Assembly (NCBI GenBank): GCA_963666425.2
Contig: OY762825.2
Span: forward strand, 1,696,001 to 1,760,000
Length of the DNA: 64,000 nucleotides
Direction: 5' to 3'
Source of the DNA: Bacillota bacterium
GTDB taxonomy: Bacteria > Bacillota > JAAYKD01
Part shown: piece by piece, positions 10,006-19,364 of the stretch
How the letters are laid out: every line of letters starts with the position of its first letter
Numbering within the stretch: the stretch's first letter is position 1
Translations under genes and position numbers: made by a program
Notes under the pieces: model-generated
The model's database searches: none
What the model saw: the letters and a program-made list of their open reading frames with translations, nothing else
Told to the model about the DNA's origin: nothing

Positions 10006-10162
10006 GTGGAATTTCAGAAAACCACCGTGATATGCGGCCAATCGGCTTTTTTGCTACTATTTCCTGAAAATAGGCCAAAATAACCCTTGTAAATGATTTT
10101 AAATGGATATATGCTGGTTTTGAGGATATCCTTTAGAATAAAACAGAGGAGATGGATGGAGT

Positions 10163-11152
10163 ATGAATCGGGAAAAAATCGCAGAATTGGAGCAGATAAT
10201 CAGGAACGACTACAGCAATATTGCGGGTATGCTTGTACAGAAAAACAACAAAACGGTATATGAGCAGTATTTCAACGGATACACTGCAGAGCGTGCTCTT
10301 CATGTGTTTTCGGTGACGAAGAGTGTTGTCAATCTGCTGATCGGTATTGCCATCGATCAGGGATATCTCAAAAGCGTTGACCAAAAAGTGTTGGACTTTT
10401 TTCCGGATTACACGCTGAAACGCGGCGAAAAAACTGCGCAGCGCGTCACGATCCGGGATATTCTGACGATGAGCGCACCCTATAAATATAAATCGGCGCC
10501 CTACACAAAGTATTTTACGAGCGAAAGCTGGGTCAAAGCAGCGCTGGACTTATTGGGCGGTAAGGGAGAGATCGGTAAATTCCGTTACACGCCTCTGATC
10601 GGACCGGATATCCTGACGGGTATTCTGGCAAAAGCAACCGGTCGCTCCACGCTTGATTTTGCCCGTGAAAATGTGTTCGCACCGCTTGGCATTCAGGCTG
10701 ACCGCAATATCGTCTTTCAAAGCAAGGAAGAACAGCTGGCCCTGATGACGAAGGAAAATCATCTTTGCGGCTGGGTCGCTGATCCGCAGGGAATCAATAC
10801 AGCGGGTTGGGGCCTTTTTCTCAAAGCAGCGGAGATGGCGAAGATCGGCCAGTTGTACCTAAATCGCGGAGCATGGCAGGGCAGACAGCTGGTATCCGCC
10901 GAATGGATCAACGAGAGCACACAAGAACACAGCCGTTGGGAAGAGTTGGGGCTCAAATACGGCTATTTGTGGTGGATCATTGATGAAGAAGAACACAGCT
11001 TTGCGGCTTTGGGGGATGGCGGCAACGTGATTTATGTCAATCCGGCCAAGAATTTGGTTGTTGCCATCGCAGCTTTATTCGTGCCGCGTCCAAAGGACAG
11101 CGTAATGCTGATCAGAAAAATAGTGGAACCGATGTTTGAAAATCAGGACTGA
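10163..11152 (+). CDS. serine hydrolase (NylB / 6-aminohexanoate-dimer hydrolase-like)
   Basis: FSVTKS (SxxK), YGYLWW, ALGDGG. Confidence 0.85.
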   Translation: MNREKIAELEQIIRNDYSNIAGMLVQKNNKTVYEQYFNGYTAERALHVFSVTKSVVNLLIGIAIDQGYLKSVDQKVLDFFPDYTLKRGEKTAQRVTIRDILTMSAPYKYKSAPYTKYFTSESWVKAALDLLGGKGEIGKFRYTPLIGPDILTGILAKATGRSTLDFARENVFAPLGIQADRNIVFQSKEEQLALMTKENHLCGWVADPQGINTAGWGLFLKAAEMAKIGQLYLNRGAWQGRQLVSAEWINESTQEHSRWEELGLKYGYLWWIIDEEEHSFAALGDGGNVIYVNPAKNLVVAIAALFVPRPKDSVMLIRKIVEPMFENQD

Positions 11153-11343
11153 AGCAGACTGAGTTACCGTGGCACACTTTGGGGATCCGTTCAGCTACGC
11201 GACGATAATTCTTTTTAATTTTGGGACAAAAGGAAGGCAAAGAAAATATTCGTCGTATATTTGCAAGTGATTCAACAAATATTCGTTGCATTTTTTGTTG
11301 CTGCGTGCCATGATAGAATCAGATCAATTACGGAGGTGTATTT

Positions 11344-12648
11344 ATGTATCGGTACGCATTGGATGAACTCTATCGATGGAAAGAAAGCAAATATCGCAAA
11401 CCGCTCGTTCTTGAAGGAGCGAGGTAGGTGGGTAAGACTTGGCTCATGAAAGAATTCGGAGCAAAGGCTTATACCGATACCATTTACATCAACTTTGATT
11501 CGAACAGCCAGATGGCCGATCTTTTCTCAGCGGATCTCAAAGCAGAACGGCTTATGCTCGGCCTGGAACTTTTTGCGGGCAGAAAAATCAATCCCGGCAA
11601 TACACTGATCATTTTTGATGAAGTCCAAGAGGTTCCCAAGGCGCTAACCAGTTTAAAATACTTCTACGAAGACGCTCCGCAATATCATATTGTCTGTGCA
11701 GGCTCACTTTTAGGAATTGCCTTGCATGGCGGTACCTCTTTCCCGGTTGGGAAAGTAGATTTTTTAAAATTATATCCATTATCCTTTAAAGAGTTTTTGA
11801 TTGCGACCGGCAATAAGCGTTTTGTCGAGTTGCTTGAAAAACAAGATTATCCAATGATTACAAGCTTCAGGCAGGTATTCATCGATGCGCTCAAGCAGTA
11901 TTATTTTATCGGTGGAATGCCGGAGGCTGTGCTGCATTTTAGCGAGAACAAAGATTTCAATGAGGTTCGCAGGATTCAAATGCGAATTTTGGCAGCTTAC
12001 GAGCAGGATTTTTCCAAGCATGCTCCGAATGAAATCGTGCCAAAAATCCGCATGCTTTGGAACAGTATCCCCTCACAACTAGCAAAAGAAAACAAGAAAT
12101 TTATTTATGGGCTTGTTCGTGACGGTGCTCGGGCAAAGGAATACGAAACTGCCATGCTGTGGTTGATAGATTGTGGACTTATTCACAAAGTCTGCCGTGT
12201 CAATACCCCTCATCTGCCCTTAAAAGCTTATGAGGATTTAAAAGCATTTAAACTGTTTGTGGTCGATGTCGGGTTGCTCTCCTGTATGACTGGGCTGCAT
12301 CAACGAATCCTGCTTGACGGGAATGACCTTTTCGTGGAATTCAAAGAGGCATTGAGCGAGCAATATGTGCTGCAGCAGCTTGTTGCGATGCTGAATATTT
12401 CCATCTATTATTATACGAATGATAGAAATTCCTCTGAGATTGATTTTATGATTGACGATGGTGAACACATCATACCGATTGAAGTAAAAGCAGAAGTCAA
12501 CCTCATGGCAAAGAGCCTCAAAACATATAAAGAGAAATTCAACCCAGAGCTTTCCGTGAGGACTTCAATGGCGGATTATAAAAAGCGAGAGTGGCTGGTT
12601 AATTTGCCACTCTATGCTGTCTTTGAGGTTGGAAAGCTCTATGACTGA
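11344..12648 (+). pseudogene. second AAA_14/DUF4143 ATPase with in-frame TAG in Walker A
   Basis: GGAGGT RBS, then ATG 11344: MYRYALDELYRWKESKYRKPLVLEGAR*VGKT; TAG at 11425-11427 replaces the Gln (CAG) of paralogue 1; the rest of the frame is intact. Confidence 0.85.
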
Positions 12649-12682
12649 GGTGTCTGAGACGGACGATTAAGGAGAAACACGC

Positions 12683-13162
12683 ACGCCAAAACTCGAAATT
12701 ACCAACATGGATATGGTGCAAGATAAGACAACAGGTAAAGTAAATCGTTCAGGATAGGATCAAAAACTGGTGCGTTTGGCTTCCCCCGGTGGTCACGCTG
12801 AAAACGGAGAAAGTATTTACGACAGCGCTGTGCGTGAAATCAAAGAAGAAACCGGGTTAACCATCCAAAATTTTAAATCCTGTGGTTTGATCTACTGGTT
12901 CAACAATAAAACCGAGGATCGCTATTTTGTTCATTTATATCGTACGACCGATTATATTGGTGAACTGATCGAGGTCACCGAGGAAGGCAGAGTGTTCTGG
13001 TTGAGTCTCGATGATCTTGTTAAGAGGAAGCTTGCTCCTAATTTCAAAGAGTATCTGACGATTATTCTGGAAAACAAGAATTCGGAAGCGTATTGTTCCT
13101 GGAATGACGATATGCTGGTTAATCTGATAGAGGACAATCCCTGGGGGATTATTTACAGATAA
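12683..13162 (+). pseudogene. degenerate duplicate of the NUDIX gene at 8311
   Basis: Same RBS context (taaggagaaacacg); ATG replaced by ACG; a +1 and a -1 indel with TAG at 12755 between them; the 3' part is close to copy 1. Confidence 0.85.
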
Positions 13163-13266
13163 TAGCCAAGGGAATTCGGATGGTGGATTTCGCAGCGAGT
13201 GATGTGTCTTTGGTTTGCTTACAACTTAGTGCGGGAAATACAGGTAGGTTCGAAAAAATCAAATAA

Positions 13267-13345
13267 CCGGATCCGAATGTTTTACCAACAGACCAACAGC
13301 GCAGCGATTGATTACGATGCCGGTACCTTCAAAATCAATCGGAAT
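13267..13345 (+). repeat. degenerate duplicate of the plsR 3' end (att-like scar)
   Basis: CGATTGATTACGATGCCGG is identical at 3443-3461 and 13305-13323; the flanks translate RIRMFYQQTNSAAIDYDAGTFKIN versus QIRTLYPQANIVPIDYDAGATKVN. Confidence 0.8.
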
Positions 13346-13393
13346 ATGAGATGATTTTTCTGTCACAGTATTTTTTTCACAATTCAACGATAT

Positions 13394-13443
13394 AAAAACA
13401 GAGTCTGGTATCTGCTTTTTGCAGTTATCGGACTCTGTTTTTT
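13394..13443. terminator. bidirectional terminator
   Basis: aaaaacagagtc...gactctgttttt. Confidence 0.7.
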
Positions 13444-13559
13444 AAGCTGTTTTGTTACAGTCGTATGAAGCGGTATTTACGGAATAAATGATTCAAAAAG
13501 CCTTTATCAATCGATGCGTTAGCGTGACAAAACCAAACCTGCCTAATTTACAGAACCTT

Positions 13560-14180
13560 CTATTTGATAATTGACTCAGTGCGGTATCTTGCTAAGAAGG
13601 TTGCAATAATTTCATCCAACATTGGTTTCACCCTTTCTTTATCAATACCATTGGAAAAAAGAGCTGGATAAGTGATCGCTCCTTCCACCAGGGCATAGAA
13701 TACTCGGGCTGTGAGGATTAAATTATCTGTTTTAATTTTATGATCTTTTTCTGCTTCCTTAAGCCAATCAAGCAGCATATCATAAACCGGAGGGTATTTT
13801 GTTACGGTTTCTCTGGCATAATTAATGTCCTTGAGAAAAACGCCGGTCAAAAATCGAGATAGTCCTAATCGCTCAGGTGAATCAATCAGGAAGATTTCCG
13901 CATTCGCAAATGCCAATAATTGTTCTTCCAATGAATTTTTTGAATTGTATGTGATAGTTTTCAAACTTTGGCGTTGAGCTAAGAAATCATTCACAATTGC
14001 CTGGAATAGATTCTCCTTGCTGCCAAAATGATTATAGACAGTACGTTTAGAGACTCCGGCTGTTTCTGCAATTTTATCCATGCTTGCCAGTTCATAACCC
14101 ATACTGATAAAGACATCGACGGCACCTTCCAGAATCGTTGCCCGTTTTTTGCTTTTGTCCCGACTTTTCGGTTGTATCAT
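13560..14180 (-). CDS. TetR/AcrR family regulator
   Basis: HTH motif SMDKIAETAGVSKRTVYNHFGSKENLF. Confidence 0.92.
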   Translation of the reverse strand: MIQPKSRDKSKKRATILEGAVDVFISMGYELASMDKIAETAGVSKRTVYNHFGSKENLFQAIVNDFLAQRQSLKTITYNSKNSLEEQLLAFANAEIFLIDSPERLGLSRFLTGVFLKDINYARETVTKYPPVYDMLLDWLKEAEKDHKIKTDNLILTARVFYALVEGAITYPALFSNGIDKERVKPMLDEIIATFLARYRTESIIK

Positions 14181-14207
14181 TTCAATAACTCCTTGTAACT
14201 TTTTGTA

Positions 14208-14270
14208 AATTACACCAATAAGTGTAATTAGGTGTTGACTCCCAATTAATTATACTATATAGTGTAATTA
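14208..14270. promoter_or_regulatory. two TetR-type operator palindromes and a sigma70 promoter
   Basis: AATTACAC-N6-GTGTAATT (14208-14229) and AATTATAC-N6-GTGTAATT (14248-14269); TTGACT(14235)-17-TATAGT(14258). Confidence 0.75.
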
Positions 14271-14314
14271 AAGGCAAGCGAAAATACAGCAGAGAAAATT
14301 TAGGAGGGATTGGT

Positions 14315-15235
14315 ATCAAAGCAGTTGTATGCACCAAATATGGACCACCGGAAGTTCTTCAACTCAAAGAGGTTGAAAAACCGATGCCCGGTGAAAATGA
14401 GATTTGTATCAAGGTTTTTGCGACAGCAGTTACTGCCAGTGACTGCATCATTCGTGGATTTAAAGTTGCCATCCAGTTCTGGTTACCGATGGCGGCAGCA
14501 ATTGGTTTTCATAAACCAAGAAAATCCATACTTGGAATGGTATTTGCCGGAGAAATCGAATCTGTCGGTGATAATATCAAATCATTTCAAAAAGGGGATC
14601 AGGTTTACGGCTTCGATCGGTTCGGCTTTGGTGCATATGCAGAGTATAAGTGTATCGCAGAAGAAGGTTTGTTGGTAAAAAAACCGGTTACTGTTTCGTA
14701 TGAAGAAGCCGCAGCGGTTCCTTTTGGTGGCTTGTTGGCACTATTTTACCTGAAAATAGCAAAGATAGAAAGTGGTCAAAAGGTTCTTATTTACGGTGCT
14801 TCGGGTGCAATTGGTACTTCTGCCGTACAGCTTGCCAAATATTTCGGGGCGGAAGTTACAGGAGTATGCAGCACGACGAATTTGGAACTGGTAAAATCCT
14901 TAGGTGCAGATAAAGTCATTGACTACACCAAAGAAGACTTTACAGCCGGAAAAGAGCGGTTTGATCTGATCTTCAATTCTGTTGGCAAAAAGAAAGTCAA
15001 ATTACAATGCAAAAAATCACTGACTCAAAATGGCAAGCACATCACCGTCGATGATGGTTCGCCGACACTTCAGATGGCAGATTTAGTCTTTCTCAATGAA
15101 CTCCTTGGTGAAGGAAAGCTGAAACCGGTGATCGATCGATGCTATTCGCTGGAGCAAATTGTGGAAGCTCATCGCTACGTAGAAAAAGGGCATAAAAAGG
15201 GCAATGTCATTATCACGATGTGTCATAACAATTAG
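14315..15235 (+). CDS. NAD(P)-dependent MDR oxidoreductase (quinone reductase-like), apparent ATC start
   Basis: AGGAGG 7 nt before ATC-AAA-GCA-GTT (xKAVVCTKYGPPEVL, the typical family N-terminus); GASGAIG Rossmann motif; GHKKGNVII C-terminus. Confidence 0.8.
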   Translation: MKAVVCTKYGPPEVLQLKEVEKPMPGENEICIKVFATAVTASDCIIRGFKVAIQFWLPMAAAIGFHKPRKSILGMVFAGEIESVGDNIKSFQKGDQVYGFDRFGFGAYAEYKCIAEEGLLVKKPVTVSYEEAAAVPFGGLLALFYLKIAKIESGQKVLIYGASGAIGTSAVQLAKYFGAEVTGVCSTTNLELVKSLGADKVIDYTKEDFTAGKERFDLIFNSVGKKKVKLQCKKSLTQNGKHITVDDGSPTLQMADLVFLNELLGEGKLKPVIDRCYSLEQIVEAHRYVEKGHKKGNVIITMCHNN

Positions 15236-15285
15236 ACAATAAGAATGAATCAATTAAAAAAATTATTTGGAGGTATTTAGGTATT

Positions 15286-15951
15286 ATGGATACAACAACA
15301 AAAAGAGGTTTGTTTCAATTATTAGGCATTACTTTTCTCGTTCAGGCAATAACACCATTAATCGGCGGGTTATTATTCAAGAATTTAGAATCCAGCAGCG
15401 GTATTGCAGCTACCATGAACAATATAACCCAGAATATTTTCACTGTGCAGGCGAGTGTGTTCTTGCAATTTATCGCAGCCATTGTCGTCATCATGCTGGG
15501 TGTGGCAATCTATCAAACATCAGGTCACATCAATAAAACAATGAGTGCAATTGCAGCTCTTCTCTATACATTTGAGGCAATCCTGCTTGCTGTCGGTCAA
15601 GTCTTCATTGTTGGATTGATGAAGGTCAGTGAAGTTTATTCGGCAGGCGGAGATGCTGGACTTCTGAGTCTGGGAAATGTATTATTATCCTGCAGGCATT
15701 TCGCCGGTGAGATTGCGATGTTGCCGTTTGGGATTGGGGCGATCATTTTTTATTATCAATTAGGCAAAGCAAACGTGATACCAAAGTGGTTAATGGTCTG
15801 GGGCTTGGTGACAGCACCTTGTATTTTGATGTATTTCACTTTGGGTTTTTTTGGCATCGTACTGCCGTTTGCACTTTGCCTGCCCTATGTGCCGTTTGAA
15901 TTCTTTACGGGTATCTATATCATCATAAAGTATCGAAAGAAAATGGTCTAG
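15286..15951 (+). CDS. DUF4386-like membrane protein
   Basis: Several TM segments; PFEFFTGIYII C-terminal motif; GGAGG RBS. Confidence 0.65.
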   Translation: MDTTTKRGLFQLLGITFLVQAITPLIGGLLFKNLESSSGIAATMNNITQNIFTVQASVFLQFIAAIVVIMLGVAIYQTSGHINKTMSAIAALLYTFEAILLAVGQVFIVGLMKVSEVYSAGGDAGLLSLGNVLLSCRHFAGEIAMLPFGIGAIIFYYQLGKANVIPKWLMVWGLVTAPCILMYFTLGFFGIVLPFALCLPYVPFEFFTGIYIIIKYRKKMV

Positions 15952-15996
15952 AGATATTAGGAATCATCATTTAGCCGCTAGACTGTACGATTGAAA

Positions 15997-16031
15997 GCAA
16001 CCACCTGATCTGATTGATGGGGTGGTTGCTT
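15997..16031. terminator. terminator hairpin between convergent genes
   Basis: agcaaccacc...ggtggttgct. Confidence 0.65.
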
Positions 16032-16035
16032 GATT

Positions 16036-19000
16036 TTATCCCACTACCAATTGATTCGTCTTCTTGAGATACTTTGCCGGGATTGGACGCTCCAGCTGCC
16101 AGGTGATATTCATTGGCCGGCTGCCATTGTGCTGCACGTAATTGGCAAGGCCGAGCAAGCTATAGGGTGCCGTGCCGGCGAGATCTGTCTTGGATTCGCG
16201 AACGAACAGCAACACTTTACTGCCGCGCTCGCGGTGATGGATATAACGCTGACCGGTGGGAGAACTCTCTGAGGTCGTGCTCTGGCTTTGCCAATGAAAT
16301 AAACTTTCATTAATAGAATAATCGTTGTACATCGTCGAGGGAGAATAATGCTTATCTGATTTGTTCAGGGTTACGAGCAGTATATCTATTTGTTTTTCCG
16401 GCAGCCATTTCACTCCTTCACGAATCGTTTTGGGCAGCATAAAATCCAGGGCAACCAACAGCTGATCACGGGTATACACGCAGTGCAGATCCAGTGGGCA
16501 GGCAAAACCCAAATTTAAAGGTTCATCGAGAAAATCGATGCGGTCGTAGTTATACTGCAGCAGTTTCATCAGCTCCGCAAGCATCACAGGGCTATCGGCA
16601 AGTGAGTAAAGATTCTTCAGCACCTCAGCATTGTCCCAATCTTCCACCGCTTCTTGCCAGATGGTAATGTAGAACATTTGCAGCATGCGTTGTTCCCGCT
16701 CCGGCAGTTTGGCAAAATTCACGTCATTCAACCGCGGCAATAGGTCTAGCAGGAAGGTAATCCACCTGCGGGAATCAATGGATACAATCCGGCTGAACGC
16801 TTTTGTCAGCGTCTCCTCGATCGCCTCATCAAAGTTTTCTTTGGCTCCGGCCAGAACGCAAAGGCGGGCGAAGCTGTATTTTACGTAGATTGTGCGGCTG
16901 TCCAGATGGTAATAACCCAGAAAATTTGCTAAATTCAGAGGCAGACCGCTGTCCTCAACAAAATTGGTAAGTTTGCTGATCAACCCCAACTTTGTACTGA
17001 AGGAGCTCTTTATATTTTCTAAAATATAGGCTACGGCTATTTTCTCCAACTGGATGTAACAGCCTTTCGGTGCGGAGAGAAAACCATTTTTCAACTCGTA
17101 CTGCACGCTGTGGTTTGAGTTTGCCAGCAATGCTGCAAATTTCTCTTCAAAGTTATACTTTTTGTTTGCCTGACCGATGAAATCCAGCACGGTCAGGCAT
17201 TCTTTATTTTCTGTAAGGCGCAGGCCGCGGCCAAGCTGCTGCAAAAAGATGGTCAGCGACTCGGTTGGCCGCAAGAACAAGACGGTATTGACTTCCGGGA
17301 TATCTACGCCTTCGTTATAGATGTCCACTACAAAGATGAAACGGATCTCCCCGGCTACCAAGCGTTTTTTCGCCGTATTACGTTCTTCATCTGCAGACTC
17401 ACTCACCAGTGAAATGGACGGCATGCTGTTTTTATTGAAGAACTCCGCCATGAATTTGGCGTGCTCTACCGACACACAGAAGCCCAAGCCTTTCAGGTCA
17501 TGCATGTCTGTTACATACCGTTCCAGAGATTGCAGGATGTTGCCCGCACGGCGTTCCGCCACGAGGCGATTGAGGGAATAAAGGTTGCTCAGTTCAGACT
17601 TATCGTAACCACCGCGCATCCAGCGCAGTTCACTCAGGTCTACGGTGTCTGTTACACCAAAATATTGGAAGGGACACAAGAGTTTACGGTCAATGGCTTC
17701 CGGCAAACGAATTTCCGCCGCAATACGGCCATCGAAATAGTCCAGAATACTCTTACCGTCCATGCGCTCCGGAGTTGCAGTCAAGCCTAATAATATTTTC
17801 GGTTGAAAGTGGCTCAGCAACTTCTGATAGGTTGGTGCAGCGGCGTGGTGGAACTCATCAACAATGATGAAGTCGTAGTAATCCGCAGGCAATTTTTCGC
17901 AGAATTCCTGAGAATTCAGCGTCTGGATGGAGATGAACAGGTGATCGAGACCCTCCGGCTGATAGCTGCCGACAAACAATTCACCGAAATTCGGATCCTT
18001 CAGCACGCCTTGGAAGGTATCCCGGCTCTGGATTAAAATTTCTTCCCGGTGAGCTACAAAGAGCAGCCGATTCGCTTGACCGATGTGATCACGATAGAAA
18101 CGGCGATAATCAAAAGCGGAGATCACTGTTTTGCCCGTGCCCATCGCTGACACCACGAGATTGCGATAAAGATGGCGCACTTCGCGTTCCGCACGGAGTT
18201 TATCCAGAATTTCCTGCTGAAAAGGATAAGGACGAATGTCAAAAAAGAAACGTCGACTTTCTTCAGAACCGAAGCGTTCGGCCTTCAATGCTCCGAGCAG
18301 GCGCTCGCGTTCTTCTTCTTTATATAATTCAAACTCGGTGGAATGCCAATAGTTCTCGAAGGTGGCCGTAATCTTCTCAAGGGTTTCCGGTAAGTCTTTG
18401 GCCGTTAGTTTGATGTTCCACTCCAGGCCACTGGAAATAGCGCTGTTGGAAAGGTTCGATGAACCCACATAAGCTGTGCTGAAGCCGGTGTTACGGTAAA
18501 ACACATAGGTTTTCGCATGCAGTCGGGTCCGTTTGGTGTCATAGGAGATCTTGATCTCCGTATGAGGCAGCTTGCTCAGCTCCTCTACGGCTTTCATGTC
18601 GGTTGCGCCCATGTAAGAAGTAGTGATGATGCGGAGCTCACCGCTACTTCGAGTAAATTCGCGCAGTTCTTCTATAATCAACCGCAGACCACTCCACTTG
18701 ATGAAAGATACCAACAGATCAATCCGATCGGCGGAAAGGATCTCTTTTTTCAATTCGGAGAACATTTGCGGTTCATGCACCGCGCCGGTGAACAGGCTGC
18801 TTTGAGCAATGGATGTTGTTGGCCGATTCAGATCACTTGCTGTTTTGCCCAGTATCAGACGGGGATCATTCTCACCCAATAGCGCAAAAAGCTGCTCTGC
18901 ACGTCCGTCCACAGAGAAAACGGCAAAGTCAGCTTCTTGGGTTTCCTGTTCAATCAGTTTGACAATTCGGTTAGAAAGAGCAACCTGTGAGGCTAGATTT

Positions 19001-19182
19001 CCGCCATTGTCCAGCAAATTGTCCATGCCCTTCTGCACTACATCAGAGAGATACTGGGCCAGTATCTTGGATGCTTCCGCTTTATCAATGGGTGCAATTG
19101 CCTTACGGGCTTCCTGAACAACAGAAAGCTCGCTGCTGATCACTGTATTGATGACTTGTTCATAAAGGCCTGGTTTCAACAT
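16036..19182 (-). CDS. PLD nuclease-SF2 helicase-DUF3427 protein (SauUSI-like type IV restriction endonuclease)
   Basis: HKD-type LHAKTY...GSSNLS; Walker A GTGKT; DEFHH; TATPER; QQLGRGLR; C-terminal YNDYSINESLFHWQSQ. Confidence 0.85.
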   Translation of the reverse strand: MLKPGLYEQVINTVISSELSVVQEARKAIAPIDKAEASKILAQYLSDVVQKGMDNLLDNGGNLASQVALSNRIVKLIEQETQEADFAVFSVDGRAEQLFALLGENDPRLILGKTASDLNRPTTSIAQSSLFTGAVHEPQMFSELKKEILSADRIDLLVSFIKWSGLRLIIEELREFTRSSGELRIITTSYMGATDMKAVEELSKLPHTEIKISYDTKRTRLHAKTYVFYRNTGFSTAYVGSSNLSNSAISSGLEWNIKLTAKDLPETLEKITATFENYWHSTEFELYKEEERERLLGALKAERFGSEESRRFFFDIRPYPFQQEILDKLRAEREVRHLYRNLVVSAMGTGKTVISAFDYRRFYRDHIGQANRLLFVAHREEILIQSRDTFQGVLKDPNFGELFVGSYQPEGLDHLFISIQTLNSQEFCEKLPADYYDFIIVDEFHHAAAPTYQKLLSHFQPKILLGLTATPERMDGKSILDYFDGRIAAEIRLPEAIDRKLLCPFQYFGVTDTVDLSELRWMRGGYDKSELSNLYSLNRLVAERRAGNILQSLERYVTDMHDLKGLGFCVSVEHAKFMAEFFNKNSMPSISLVSESADEERNTAKKRLVAGEIRFIFVVDIYNEGVDIPEVNTVLFLRPTESLTIFLQQLGRGLRLTENKECLTVLDFIGQANKKYNFEEKFAALLANSNHSVQYELKNGFLSAPKGCYIQLEKIAVAYILENIKSSFSTKLGLISKLTNFVEDSGLPLNLANFLGYYHLDSRTIYVKYSFARLCVLAGAKENFDEAIEETLTKAFSRIVSIDSRRWITFLLDLLPRLNDVNFAKLPEREQRMLQMFYITIWQEAVEDWDNAEVLKNLYSLADSPVMLAELMKLLQYNYDRIDFLDEPLNLGFACPLDLHCVYTRDQLLVALDFMLPKTIREGVKWLPEKQIDILLVTLNKSDKHYSPSTMYNDYSINESLFHWQSQSTTSESSPTGQRYIHHRERGSKVLLFVRESKTDLAGTAPYSLLGLANYVQHNGSRPMNITWQLERPIPAKYLKKTNQLVVG

Positions 19183-19364
19183 GCTTGTTCACCTCAAATG
19201 GAAATATCTGTAATTTGATGATTGCTGTTGTTCTGCCAAAAAGTATAGCTTGAATTTCAAACCGATTCAAGTTCTTCTCGGTTCTTTCAGAGATCAATGC
19301 AAACATGATATCGCTGCAATACCGATTGATCGGTTCGTAGAAAGCCTAGGATCAGCCGCAAAAT

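Larger units (their letters stand above)
3443..13323. mobile_element. putative genomic island/islet inserted at the plsR 3' end, no integrase visible
   Basis: Flanking direct repeat, accessory cargo, pseudogenes and internal duplications. Confidence 0.5.

Noticed and set aside
8862-11152. True beta-lactamase resistance genes
   Set aside because: No signal peptides; the motifs fit cytoplasmic esterase/amidase members of the family
11425-12757. Genome-wide TAG reassignment suggested by two in-frame TAGs
   Set aside because: Intact genes end at TAG at the expected family C-termini (3525, 8790, 25304), and the TAG at 12755 arises from a frameshift
5225-13260. Integron attC-like cassette sites in the island
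   Set aside because: Only short matches were found (TGACTGAGGTG at two gene ends; GGAGCAGTA at 3516 and 8790), with no consistent attC structure or integrase; these could be chance
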